A DNA stretch of 64,000 bases from a bacterium (lineage in GTDB: Bacteria > Actinomycetota > Acidimicrobiia > Spongiisociales > UBA5794): the NCBI GenBank assembly GCA_024228555.1, contig JAAETI010000355.1, positions 3,602 through 67,601 of the forward strand. The letters are read 5' to 3'. Both the position numbers and the translations under genes were made by a program. Of the stretch, positions 32,707 through 41,832 are shown piece after piece (the stretch's first letter is position 1; every line of letters begins with the position of its first letter). The notes beneath the pieces were generated by a model. It did not search any database and had not been told where the DNA came from. It was given only the letters and a program-made list of their open reading frames with translations.

Positions 32707-32947
32707 TCGCCCCGTCAGGCTCATACCAATCGCAGGGCTGCGATCAACGGATGTCCACTTCCGCAGAGTCCGAGCCCGAATCGCCAAAGGCCAGCACTCG
32801 GAGAACCGGCCGCAGCGACGCATCTTCAACATGACCGGCCTGGGTCGGGTCCTCAACAACCCGGATCTGCGATACCACGGTCGCGACCGACGCAACGGGT
32901 TCATCCTTCTTCCACGAGACTTTGGTCGAAGTGGTGGCGGCTACGAA

Positions 32948-33667
32948 CTAGCCCGCTACCGGCACAGTGACGACGGTCACGTCGGGGGCGAGTAGACCGA
33001 CTGCATCAGTCACGGATCTTGCCGCCTGCTGATCTGCCGTCGAATTGGCCTTGGTCAATCCAATGAACACCCGGCTCCCCGCAGGGCAGGCCCGCAATGC
33101 GCCCTCGGGGTGCACCAGGATTGCAGCACAGTCAGCCGGGGTCAGAATGTGGTTCGAGTCGAGCCCCGTAAACCGCACCGCCTCTTCGATTCGATGGGTG
33201 ACCTCGCCGAGGGGTTGTCCCACGGCCTCGATTCCTACGAGGATCACAACGACCGTCGACAGCGATGGAATGACCGGCTCGTGTGCCGCGGGTGCCTTGA
33301 GCGGACGACCACGAGATCCATCGGCCTCGACAACGATGTAGTCGATCTTGGGTTCCTTGAACAGGTCGTCCACGACATCTGGGGGCGGCCCCGTTACCTT
33401 GTGATCATCGCCACCGGTGATGATCATTACCGGTCCTGGCTTGTCGAGAGCTTCGATCACATAGCGAGTGTCTGCCGACCGGCAGATAGTTTCTACCACC
33501 GTTGTTTGGTCTCTGCCCATCTTCGTGGTTGTCGTGAGAACAATCCGCTTCCCCGCCGCGGTCAGTTCATCGCCAAGCCTAAAGAGCATCGTCGACTTGC
33601 CGCCGCCACCGACCAGCGAGATGAGTTCGCGGTCACCAAGACCGAGGAGACCGGCTAGATCTGTCAT
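32948..33667 (-). CDS. yqeC: Selenium cofactor biosynthesis protein YqeC
   Basis: ISLVGGGGKST, TTTTKM, VVEADGSRGRPLKAPAAHEPVIP. Confidence 0.93.
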   Translation of the reverse strand: MTDLAGLLGLGDRELISLVGGGGKSTMLFRLGDELTAAGKRIVLTTTTKMGRDQTTVVETICRSADTRYVIEALDKPGPVMIITGGDDHKVTGPPPDVVDDLFKEPKIDYIVVEADGSRGRPLKAPAAHEPVIPSLSTVVVILVGIEAVGQPLGEVTHRIEEAVRFTGLDSNHILTPADCAAILVHPEGALRACPAGSRVFIGLTKANSTADQQAARSVTDAVGLLAPDVTVVTVPVAG

Positions 33668-33670
33668 CTG

Positions 33671-34471
33671 CTAGCGATTCCCCAGCCAGGTGAGGGTCGC
33701 TTCGACGACACCGCCACCGATCGACAGCGCCTTGTCGGAAATCTCAAAGCATGCCGAGGAGTCGGCACGGGGATCAATATCGGCAAGCTTCCAATCCCAC
33801 TCGACCTCGTAGCCGGGGGCCAGCAGACCGCGCACGACACCCCCGATGCGTGACCTGATGGGGACCCCGTTGATATCGCCGAGCACGTCGCCTGCCGCAA
33901 CCATATCGGCGATCCCGACCTTCCAAGTGAGGATCCCGAATGTGGGTGCCCGCACGACGCGTTCGCTGGTCTTGCCCCCGATGACACCGGGCTCGCCGGT
34001 GTTTGCCGTGGCTTCACCGTCCCAGATCACCCGGCCCAGATAGTGGCCGCGCATGGTTTCGACAACAGCGTGACAGTCGGTGCCGGCGTTGAAGCCCGGG
34101 CCTAGTCCGATTACGAGTGGAGCGTCGTTGATGTTTGTGTCGATATTGCGTTTGGCAATCCTGGCGTCGACCACCACCGATGGCTCCCAGGGCAGTTGTA
34201 GCAGTGTTGGGCTGACAAGCACGGGGATGGCCCCCGACTTGGCGATCTCGAGCGCCTCATCGATATCGTCGACCCGGATCGCATCTAGGTCCTCGATCAG
34301 AGCGCGCTCCTCGATCACCGCAGCCGCCACCGAGACCGTGCGTCTGATTGCCAAGGGTTGTGCTAGTTCCAGCACCAGCACAGGGAACCCCGCACGGCGT
34401 AGCCGGTAGATCGTTCCTGTCGCCAAATCGCCGCCGCCCCTGACTACGACGAGGTGATCCTGGAAGAGCAT
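33671..34471 (-). CDS. yqeB: Selenium-dependent molybdenum hydroxylase system protein YqeB
   Basis: VRGGGDLATG, PLAIRRTVS, VVDARIAKRN, IGLGPGF.AG.DCHAVVETMRGH.LG, DIDPR, ISDKALSIGGGV.EA. Confidence 0.95.
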   Translation of the reverse strand: MLFQDHLVVVRGGGDLATGTIYRLRRAGFPVLVLELAQPLAIRRTVSVAAAVIEERALIEDLDAIRVDDIDEALEIAKSGAIPVLVSPTLLQLPWEPSVVVDARIAKRNIDTNINDAPLVIGLGPGFNAGTDCHAVVETMRGHYLGRVIWDGEATANTGEPGVIGGKTSERVVRAPTFGILTWKVGIADMVAAGDVLGDINGVPIRSRIGGVVRGLLAPGYEVEWDWKLADIDPRADSSACFEISDKALSIGGGVVEATLTWLGNR

Positions 34472-35262
34472 CAGTCGGCTTCCGATCTGTTCTTGCGAAT
34501 GACTTCGGAGAGGATCGATACTGCGATCTCCTCCAGAGTTTCGGCATTGAGTTCGATCCCGATTGGCACGTGGATCCTGTCGAGGTCCTCAGCCGTGATG
34601 TCGCCGGCTACCAGCTGTTCCTTTGTCGAACGCCACCGGGTGCGGCTACCCATGACACCGATGTACCGCGCTGGTGTTTCGAGCAACTCGGGGAGGATGC
34701 GGACATCCACCTCGGGGCTGCGCGTCACAACGATCACTGAAGTGTTCTCGGTAATCGGGTATTTGGCGATGGCGTCACTGACCGTCCCTGCGAAGCGAGA
34801 GTCGGCGTTGGGCATTGCCTCTTCGCTGACAAGATCGGGGCGATCGTCGACCGCAATTGTGCGATAGCCCAGCCAGTGGGCAAGATCGACAACGGTACGG
34901 CCGACATGACCGCAGCCGATTACGTAGACGGTGTGTGGTGGCATGTATGGCTCCAGGTATAGCGTGAGTTCGCCGCCGCAGATCCCAGGGTCGCCCTCTT
35001 TCGGATTGACCAATTCGTATTCGACAAGACGGGAGCGGCCCTCGGTTATTGTCTCGAGTGCCGTGGCGATCACCGTGGCCTCCATCTGTCCGCCGCCCAC
35101 AGTTCCCGTGGTTTCGCCGTCGCCGAAGACCAACATCTTGGTACCGGCATGGCGGGGCACCGACCGGCGGGTAGCGACGATCGTGGCCAAGACCACAGGA
35201 CGGTCGGCCTCGATGGCTGCATTGAGTTTGCGCAGGATCAGCGCATTGTCCGCAGCACTCAT
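34471..35262 (-). CDS. XdhC/CoxI-family maturation protein
   Basis: S.PR.AG.KM, GTVGGG..E, ICGG, G.GHVG, YIGVMGS, PIGIEL.AET.EEIAVSI. Confidence 0.93.
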   Translation of the reverse strand: MSAADNALILRKLNAAIEADRPVVLATIVATRRSVPRHAGTKMLVFGDGETTGTVGGGQMEATVIATALETITEGRSRLVEYELVNPKEGDPGICGGELTLYLEPYMPPHTVYVIGCGHVGRTVVDLAHWLGYRTIAVDDRPDLVSEEAMPNADSRFAGTVSDAIAKYPITENTSVIVVTRSPEVDVRILPELLETPARYIGVMGSRTRWRSTKEQLVAGDITAEDLDRIHVPIGIELNAETLEEIAVSILSEVIRKNRSEAD

Positions 35263-35265
35263 CTT

Positions 35266-38178
35266 CTAGCCCGATTGCATCGCCCGCCACACCCGTTCCG
35301 GGGTGAACGGGAGGTTGTCTATCTGTGTTCCGGTTGCGTTGAAGATGGCGTTGCGGATGGCGGGTGCCACACCGTCCTTGGGGATCTCTGCGATTGCTTT
35401 CGCACCGAACGGACCCGACTTCTCCATCGTCTGCACCATGTAGGCCTCGATCTGGGGCATCTCGTCTGCCCTGTAGATCTTGTACGGCCCAAAGCGGGCA
35501 TTGACCATGTTGCCTTCATCATCGAGGGCCATCTCCTCGCAGTGCCCGTAACCCAGCGCCTGCACCATGCCGCCTTCAACCTGGCCTGCCGATGTCAACG
35601 GGTTGATCGGGACACCGCAGTCGACAGCCATCACCAGGTTGTTGACGGTCACCTGGCCGGTGTCGATGTCGACCTCGATCTCCGCAAACTGGGCCGCATA
35701 TGGTGGTGGCGAGTCGGGGGCAACGTACGAAGCGGTCGCCATGATCTGGTGCTGATCGTCTTGATGCAGCGAGTGCAGCGCAACTTCAGCGAGGGTTACG
35801 GAACGGCCATCGGGGGCAAAGGCCGCCTTCTCCTTGAGCTCAATGTCGCCAGGCGAGTCGACGTCGAGCATGATCGCTGCCCTGGTGACGATCTGGCGAT
35901 GAACCTCGTCGGCCGCCTTCTTGACGGCCATGCCCGACACGTAGGTCGTCGAGGAGGCGTAGGCACCGACATCGAACGGTGTCATGTCGGTGTCGGCTGC
36001 GTAGACGACGATCTCTTCGGTCGGCACGCCGAGCACCTCGGCTGCCATCTGCGCCAGGATCGTGTCGGCCCCTGTGCCCAGGTCGGTGGCACCCATCAAC
36101 AGGTTGAACGAACCGTCATCGTTGATCTTGATGCTGGCTCCACCCATGTCGAGCCCAGAGATGGCGCTGCCGTGCATGCACATCGCAAACCCGAGACCAC
36201 GCCGGATGTTGGGTCGATCCGCCGGTTGTACCCAAGCGGGGTCGTTGCGACGGTGCCAGGCGACGGCACGCTGACCTTGCACGACACACTCGTCCATGCC
36301 GCTGGAGGTCACTACGGGGACGAACTTCATGTCGGCGGCGCCTTCACCCAATTCGGCTGCCACGTCGAGAGGGTCACCGACCTTGGTCCAGTTCTTGCGA
36401 CGGAACTCGAGAACATCCATACCCAGTTCGGTAGCGATGTCATCCATGTGCGATTCGAGAGCAAACAACGCTTGCGGAGCCCCGTAGCCGCGGTAGGCGC
36501 CGGCCACCGGAGTGTTGGTGTAGGCAACGTCGCAATCGAACTTCTTGTTGGGGCAGTTGTAGGTGCTGAGGCCGCGCAGACCGCTCACCATCTGCACCGT
36601 CAGCGAGTGCGTTCCATACGGGCCAGTGTTGCCGACCGTGCGCATACGTTGTGCGACCAGGGTGCCGTCGTTGCTGACGCCGGTGGTGAAAGTGATCGTC
36701 TGCGGATGACGAGTTCGGCTCGAGACGAACTCCTCTTGCCTGTTGAGTTCCATACGGACCGGCTTGCCGGTAGCAATGGCCAGGTGGCCGACGATGTCCT
36801 CGATCAACATCTCCTGCTTCACGCCAAAGCCACCGCCGATGCGGGGCTTGACGATACGAATGTCGCGAACCGGCATTCCGAGCAGTGGAGCGACCATGCG
36901 ACGCACGTGGAAGGGAACCTGCGTAGAGGTCCTGATGACCATTCGCTCGTCGCTGTCCAGCCAGGCAATGGCGATGTGCGGCTCGATGGGTGCTTGCTGC
37001 ACCTGATGAACCCTGAAGACCCGTTCGAAGACTCGATCAGCGGCGGCGAGACCGGCTTCAATGTCGCCGACCTCAGCGTCGATGTGAGTGACGATGTTGC
37101 GGGCCGGGTCGTGGGCACCTTCCATCTCGTCTTCGTCGTGGATGATCGGAGCGTTCCCTGAGATGGCCTCGTTCTCGTCGAAGACCGCTGGCAGCACCTC
37201 GTACTCGACTTCGATCAGCTTGACTGCTGCTTCGGCGATTTCGATGCTATCGGCGGCGACAACGGCGACCCGATCACCGACATGGCGAACCTTGTTGTCG
37301 AAGCTCACCTGGTCGTAGGGGAGCGGGTTCGGGTAGCTCTGTCCACCCGAGGCGTAGCGGATCCTGGCAACGTTCTCGTGATGCAGGACGGCTTTCACAC
37401 CGGGAAGGGAGCGTGCCTTGGAGTCGTCGATTGCGACGATGCGGGCGTGGGCGTGCGGGCTGTAGAGCATCTTGGCGTAGAGCATCCCCCGCATCTCGAT
37501 GTCATCGACGAAGGCTGGGTTTCCCTTAGCGAGCTTCACCGCATCGACCTTGCGTTCGGGCTTCCCAACGACATTGGTCTCGGGGACCTCGGGGCTGGGA
37601 ACGACACGTGGTGCCAACGGATCGAGGTTCAGCGCCGGATTGGCTGCTGACATATCCGGCGTCCCTCCGAGTGCCACCAGCGGCTCCACTATGGCGGGTT
37701 CAACCGGTTCCGGCTTCTCGCCCCGCAGCATGGCGGCAGCCCGCAACACGGCGTGAACAGGGCGCAGATAACCGGTCTCCCTGTCCAGGATCCCGGAGAG
37801 GGCATCGCGGACCTCAGCCTCGGTGGGGTTCGGATTGGAGTCGATCAGCGCCTTGGCGGCGAGGATGGTTGCAGGCGTTGAGTAACCCGACTGGATAGCT
37901 CCGCTGGACACAAACGCTTCTTGGATGGGGTGCAAGCCGCGGGGTAGATTTAGGCCCTCGAGTGTCTCGACTGCGTGCCCATCGGCTTGTGCCGCCAGCA
38001 TCACCTCAGATGAGACAAGACGACCGTCGAGCAGGATCGCATCGGCTCCGGTCTCGCCGGTTTCGGCACCGAAGCGGACGCTGAAGAACCCCTCACGACG
38101 CAGCACTGCACGGAGTGACTCGTGTGGCTGGCATTCATAGGTGCGCTGGTCCCCGTTGACGGTGAGGTTGATGTTCAT
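35266..38178 (-). CDS. xdhD: XdhD-like molybdopterin oxidoreductase
   Basis: Fe-S-like N-terminal domain lacking Cys ligands (QSGYSTP, LDRETGY), STQVPFHVRR, GGGFGVKQE, GAYRGYGAPQ, GAYASS, GPFGAK; next to ygfM-like gene. Confidence 0.85.
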   Translation of the reverse strand: MNINLTVNGDQRTYECQPHESLRAVLRREGFFSVRFGAETGETGADAILLDGRLVSSEVMLAAQADGHAVETLEGLNLPRGLHPIQEAFVSSGAIQSGYSTPATILAAKALIDSNPNPTEAEVRDALSGILDRETGYLRPVHAVLRAAAMLRGEKPEPVEPAIVEPLVALGGTPDMSAANPALNLDPLAPRVVPSPEVPETNVVGKPERKVDAVKLAKGNPAFVDDIEMRGMLYAKMLYSPHAHARIVAIDDSKARSLPGVKAVLHHENVARIRYASGGQSYPNPLPYDQVSFDNKVRHVGDRVAVVAADSIEIAEAAVKLIEVEYEVLPAVFDENEAISGNAPIIHDEDEMEGAHDPARNIVTHIDAEVGDIEAGLAAADRVFERVFRVHQVQQAPIEPHIAIAWLDSDERMVIRTSTQVPFHVRRMVAPLLGMPVRDIRIVKPRIGGGFGVKQEMLIEDIVGHLAIATGKPVRMELNRQEEFVSSRTRHPQTITFTTGVSNDGTLVAQRMRTVGNTGPYGTHSLTVQMVSGLRGLSTYNCPNKKFDCDVAYTNTPVAGAYRGYGAPQALFALESHMDDIATELGMDVLEFRRKNWTKVGDPLDVAAELGEGAADMKFVPVVTSSGMDECVVQGQRAVAWHRRNDPAWVQPADRPNIRRGLGFAMCMHGSAISGLDMGGASIKINDDGSFNLLMGATDLGTGADTILAQMAAEVLGVPTEEIVVYAADTDMTPFDVGAYASSTTYVSGMAVKKAADEVHRQIVTRAAIMLDVDSPGDIELKEKAAFAPDGRSVTLAEVALHSLHQDDQHQIMATASYVAPDSPPPYAAQFAEIEVDIDTGQVTVNNLVMAVDCGVPINPLTSAGQVEGGMVQALGYGHCEEMALDDEGNMVNARFGPYKIYRADEMPQIEAYMVQTMEKSGPFGAKAIAEIPKDGVAPAIRNAIFNATGTQIDNLPFTPERVWRAMQSG

Positions 38179-38918
38179 GCGGAACCTCCGAGTTGGTCGG
38201 CGACTCGTCTGACGAGCACCTCGGCGAGCTGTCGGCGGTATTCGCTCGTTCCGCGGAAGTCGGCTGGCGGGTCGAGCGATGAGACACTGTCGACACTGAC
38301 GAGAACTGGAGTCGCGGCCACTCCGGTCAGGGCGATACGAAGACCGGTGGCGACGATACGGCCGGCGGCTGCCACGATCGACGTGTCGGCGGGCGTCCTT
38401 CCCGTGCGCTCGGCAGCGGTCGCGCCACCAATAGCAACGGTGACCGTCGTGACTACCGCCCTATCAAGCACCGAGAAGTCGGCGAGAAGATCTTCGAGAG
38501 CGAGGTCACGGGATCCCGACGAATCGGCAACGGTCACCAGAGCTTCGTGGACGAGAAGCCCAGCGAGAAGCTCGCTTTCCGGGTCGCCTTCGGCAACGGT
38601 CCCGCCGACGGTAGAAACGTTGCGCAGTGTGTTGGGACCCTCCCGCTTGGCAAGGGCGGTCAGCAGAGGCGGGGTGTCGTCGTGATCGATGAGGTCCTGA
38701 AGCCGTGTCATGGCGCCGAAGCCGACGCGGTCACCATCACGGGAAATGCCCGCAGCGACAGCTGCTTGCAGGTCAACCACCTCGGTATTGGCAGGGAGAT
38801 CGGTGGTGTTCACCGCGGTGCCTCCAGCGAGAACTGTCGTGGTGACATCGGTTCTTGCAAGCAATACGATCGCCTCGTCGAGCGTTGCGGGCCGGTGGTA
38901 CGAACTGATGCGATTCAT
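38175..38918 (-). CDS. ygfM: FAD-binding subunit of molybdenum hydroxylase (YgfM-like)
   Basis: YHRPATLDEA, LAGGT, GAMTRLQ, LRNVSTVGG, DFRGTSEYRRQLA. Confidence 0.8.
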   Translation of the reverse strand: MNRISSYHRPATLDEAIVLLARTDVTTTVLAGGTAVNTTDLPANTEVVDLQAAVAAGISRDGDRVGFGAMTRLQDLIDHDDTPPLLTALAKREGPNTLRNVSTVGGTVAEGDPESELLAGLLVHEALVTVADSSGSRDLALEDLLADFSVLDRAVVTTVTVAIGGATAAERTGRTPADTSIVAAAGRIVATGLRIALTGVAATPVLVSVDSVSSLDPPADFRGTSEYRRQLAEVLVRRVADQLGGSA

Positions 38919-39100
38919 GTGAGTTTCTCCGCTGCTCGACTGGTGTATCCAGGATAGTTGGTGGGATCTCGGTGCATTCCAAGTACAGCCGGATTCGCCT
39001 ATCCCTCGATATTTCTGATTCCCATTGGGAAGTTACGATCGGCTTGCTTCAGGTTCTCGTCCCGACGGCCATCAACTCCACTCGCCGGTCAGTGTGCATC

Positions 39101-39289
39101 GGCGATGACGGGTTCCTTCTGGTCACCGATCGGCTCAAGGACATCATCATCGAGTCGTTTGCTCCTCTGGATCGTGAGTTCTCGCAAGAGGACAGCAAGA
39201 TCACACCGACACAGAAGATCCGTCGCCGCTTCGTGGAGCAGAGCTTTGCTGACGAGACCGATGCGGTGTACGCCACCGCAGGCACGTGA
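39101..39289 (+). pseudogene. Internally deleted remnant of a long-chain acyl-CoA ligase C-terminus
   Basis: GDDGFLLVTDRLKDIII (A8-like motif) joined directly to LDREFSQEDSKITPTQKIRRR (terminal motif); N-terminal and intervening parts missing. Confidence 0.7.
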
Positions 39290-39308
39290 ACCGCCTATCT
39301 TGCGACCC

Positions 39309-39890
39309 ATGATTGGTGGCATTGTCCTTGCGGCCGGCCTATCAGAGAGGATGGTCGGCGACGTACCCAAGCAGCTCTTGCCGCTTGGTGATGTCCCGAT
39401 TGTGGCCGTCACCGTTGGCCACGCCGAGGCGTCATCCCTTGACCAGGTTGTGGTTGTCACCGGTCACCGCGGCGCCGAGGTGGCGGCGGCCGTGTCCGAT
39501 AGTCGAGCGATCGTGGTCGCGAACCCCGATTACCGCCAAGGGAACATGACCTCGTTCCGTGCTGGTTTTTTGGCGCAGGCCGAATGCGATGCCTATGTGA
39601 TTCTTCTTGCAGACATGCCAACGGTGACTAGCGAGATGATCAATCGCTTTGTCGACCTGTGGACTCACGCCCGTCCGTGGGCGGCGGTAGCCCGATACCG
39701 GGAGGGGCCTGCTCATCCATTGCTTCTGTCTGCAGATGCGATTGCGGAGGCGATTGCGATGGAGGGGGCCAAAGGTGTGTGGCGCTTTCTCGCCGCGGCT
39801 CCTGCAGATCAAGTGGCTGAGGTTCTGTTCGACCAGGCAACGCCGCCCGACATCAACACCGTCGAGGACTACGAGCGAGTCACGCCCTAG
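39309..39890 (+). CDS. MocA-like molybdenum cofactor cytidylyltransferase
   Basis: GIVLAAG.SERM...KQLL, VVVTG, NPDYRQG..TSFRAG, LADMP, HPLL, G.KG, DINT.EDY. Confidence 0.88.
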   Translation: MIGGIVLAAGLSERMVGDVPKQLLPLGDVPIVAVTVGHAEASSLDQVVVVTGHRGAEVAAAVSDSRAIVVANPDYRQGNMTSFRAGFLAQAECDAYVILLADMPTVTSEMINRFVDLWTHARPWAAVARYREGPAHPLLLSADAIAEAIAMEGAKGVWRFLAAAPADQVAEVLFDQATPPDINTVEDYERVTP

Positions 39891-41032
39891 AGATCCTCGA
39901 GCCAGGCTCGAATCGTCGCACCGTGCTCGTCGAGATCGGGAGGCGGGAGCTTGCTCCCCACTTCACTGTCCGAGAGTCGGATAGGCGACCGCACCCCCCG
40001 AGCATCGGATCCGGCAAACCCGACGATCGGGTCGAGGTCATTGTCGGTGGCCCATGCGAACGCTGCATCGATGTTGTTGATAGGACCGGCCGGGACACCT
40101 TCGGTGCGCAATGCCGCTATCCAATGGTCGGCTGGTTTGGTGTCAAAGGTTCGCTGCAACTCGCTCTCGAGTGTATCGATGTTGTTGCGTCGGTCGCTGT
40201 TGGAGGAAAACCGAGGGTCACCGGACAGGTCTTCTCTGTCGATCGCAGTGCAAGTCCGCAGCCACATTCGGTCGTTGGCGGCGGCGAGAACAAAGGCTCG
40301 ATCCGATGCTTGGAACGATTGGTAGGGGGCGATGGAGGGATGTCGATTGCCCTGGGCGGACCCGACGACCCCAGCATTGATGAACGCAGACCCTTGGTTG
40401 AGGAGAGAGTTGAGCGCTGAATCAAACAATGAGACGTCGACTCGTTGCCCCCGGCCGGTAACCGCTCGCTGTTGCAGTGCGGCGAGAACGCCGATCGTTG
40501 CATAGAGACCCGCAGTCATGTCGGTGATGGCAGCCCCGACCTTGGTCGGCGGATTGTCGGGCTGGCCGGTGACGCTCATGATGCCGCTCATCGCCTGGAT
40601 CAGGAGGTCATATCCGGCAAGTTTCGCGGTGGGCCCCTCGGGGGCAAATCCGGAGATGGAGCAGTAGATCAAGCCAGGGTTGGAGCTGCTCAGCCGGCCG
40701 TAGCCGAGACCGAACTGATCCATGAGCCCGGAGCGGAAGTTCTCGATCACGACGTCGGCTCGCACCGCCAACTTCCGCGCCAGTTCCAGATCCAGGGGGT
40801 TCTTGAGATCAAGCGCAATGCTGCGCTTCCCGCGGTTGAGGCCTAGGTAATAGGTCGAGTCGCCGGATTCGGTCCATGGTGGTCCCCACGAACGGGTGTC
40901 ATCTCCATTGTGCGGTCGTTCGACCTTGACGACGTTGGCACCGAGATCGGCGAGATTCATCGAAACGATCGGTGCGGCAAGGACTCGGGAGAAGTCGGCG
41001 ACAAGCAGCCCGGAGAGAGGTTGGCCGGCTAT
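39887..41032 (-). CDS. CaiB/BaiF family III CoA-transferase
   Basis: PLSGLLVADFSRVLAAP, LADLGA.VVKVE, GDDTRSWGPP, NRGKRSI, ADVVIENFR, GYDLLIQAMSG; conserved N-terminus lies upstream of first ATG (40960), start placed at ATA 41032. Confidence 0.88.
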   Translation of the reverse strand: MAGQPLSGLLVADFSRVLAAPIVSMNLADLGANVVKVERPHNGDDTRSWGPPWTESGDSTYYLGLNRGKRSIALDLKNPLDLELARKLAVRADVVIENFRSGLMDQFGLGYGRLSSSNPGLIYCSISGFAPEGPTAKLAGYDLLIQAMSGIMSVTGQPDNPPTKVGAAITDMTAGLYATIGVLAALQQRAVTGRGQRVDVSLFDSALNSLLNQGSAFINAGVVGSAQGNRHPSIAPYQSFQASDRAFVLAAANDRMWLRTCTAIDREDLSGDPRFSSNSDRRNNIDTLESELQRTFDTKPADHWIAALRTEGVPAGPINNIDAAFAWATDNDLDPIVGFAGSDARGVRSPIRLSDSEVGSKLPPPDLDEHGATIRAWLEDL

Positions 41033-41403
41033 GCCAGTAGCTCGAGGGCTCGGTCGAGAGTGTCGGCAGGGTCCAACAGTTCGACGACACTTGGAGCATC
41101 GGGGAGGCGGTCCCTAATGGAGTCGTGCATAGTTGCGGGGACCACGAGGAGAAGCGGAATGCTGTAGGTCCGGCAGATGTGGAATACGTCCTGTGCCTGG
41201 ATGGCGTCGCCTTTTTGGGCGCAGATCTTGTGAACATAGCCCATGAGAAGAGCGTGGCGATTCTGGTTGTCGATCCGAGTGATGCTCATGCCGTGTCGGT
41301 CCGATCCGTTGGAGATCGGCACGGTGTCGTACCCGTTGATTACGAGATTGGTGAGCAGCGTCGAGTCTGTTCCTTCGAAGTAGCCGACTGATTTGCGTGT
41401 CAT
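41029..41403 (-). CDS. Hypothetical protein, paralog 2 (possible pseudo-receiver fold)
   Basis: 124 aa; full-length similarity to adjacent ORF with codon-preserving divergence. Confidence 0.8.
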   Translation of the reverse strand: MTRKSVGYFEGTDSTLLTNLVINGYDTVPISNGSDRHGMSITRIDNQNRHALLMGYVHKICAQKGDAIQAQDVFHICRTYSIPLLLVVPATMHDSIRDRLPDAPSVVELLDPADTLDRALELLA

Positions 41404-41408
41404 AGTGC

Positions 41409-41786
41409 CTATGCCAACAGGGCCAGTGCCCGGTCGAGAATCTCGCTCGGGTCAAGGAATTCGACGACATCGGGAGCGTCGGGCATCAACTCCTGGGCTT
41501 TCTCCTTGAGATCATTGGGGACCTCGAGCAGAAGCGGGATGCTGTATGTGCGGCAGATTCGAAAGACCTCCTGATAGGGCAGGTCGTACTCAACCGGCGC
41601 ATACAACTTGTGTATGTAGCCGATGAGAATGTCGTACTTCTCTTGCGAGTTGATCCGACGAACATTCTTGCCGTGGTGATCGACGCCGTTCGACACGGGC
41701 AGTGTGTCAAAGCCTGAGCAAATAAGACCCGTCAACAGCGTCGAGTCTGTCCCTTCGAAATATCCAACTGACTTTCTAGTCATCAT
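41409..41786 (-). CDS. Hypothetical protein, paralog 1 (possible pseudo-receiver fold)
   Basis: 125 aa; GGAGG RBS; shares TRKSVGYFEGTDSTLLT and ICRTYSIPLLL with neighbour. Confidence 0.82.
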   Translation of the reverse strand: MMTRKSVGYFEGTDSTLLTGLICSGFDTLPVSNGVDHHGKNVRRINSQEKYDILIGYIHKLYAPVEYDLPYQEVFRICRTYSIPLLLEVPNDLKEKAQELMPDAPDVVEFLDPSEILDRALALLA

Positions 41787-41832
41787 GCCTCCACCGCATT
41801 ATCGCGGACCTCAGAGCACCTAAATCCGCTAG

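Noticed and set aside
32710-32945. Coding-like spacer between the DivIVA-like gene and yqeC
   Set aside because: No frame gave a recognisable product or a good start
35149-37161. 670-aa ORF on + strand
   Set aside because: Antisense shadow of xdhD with no recognisable motifs
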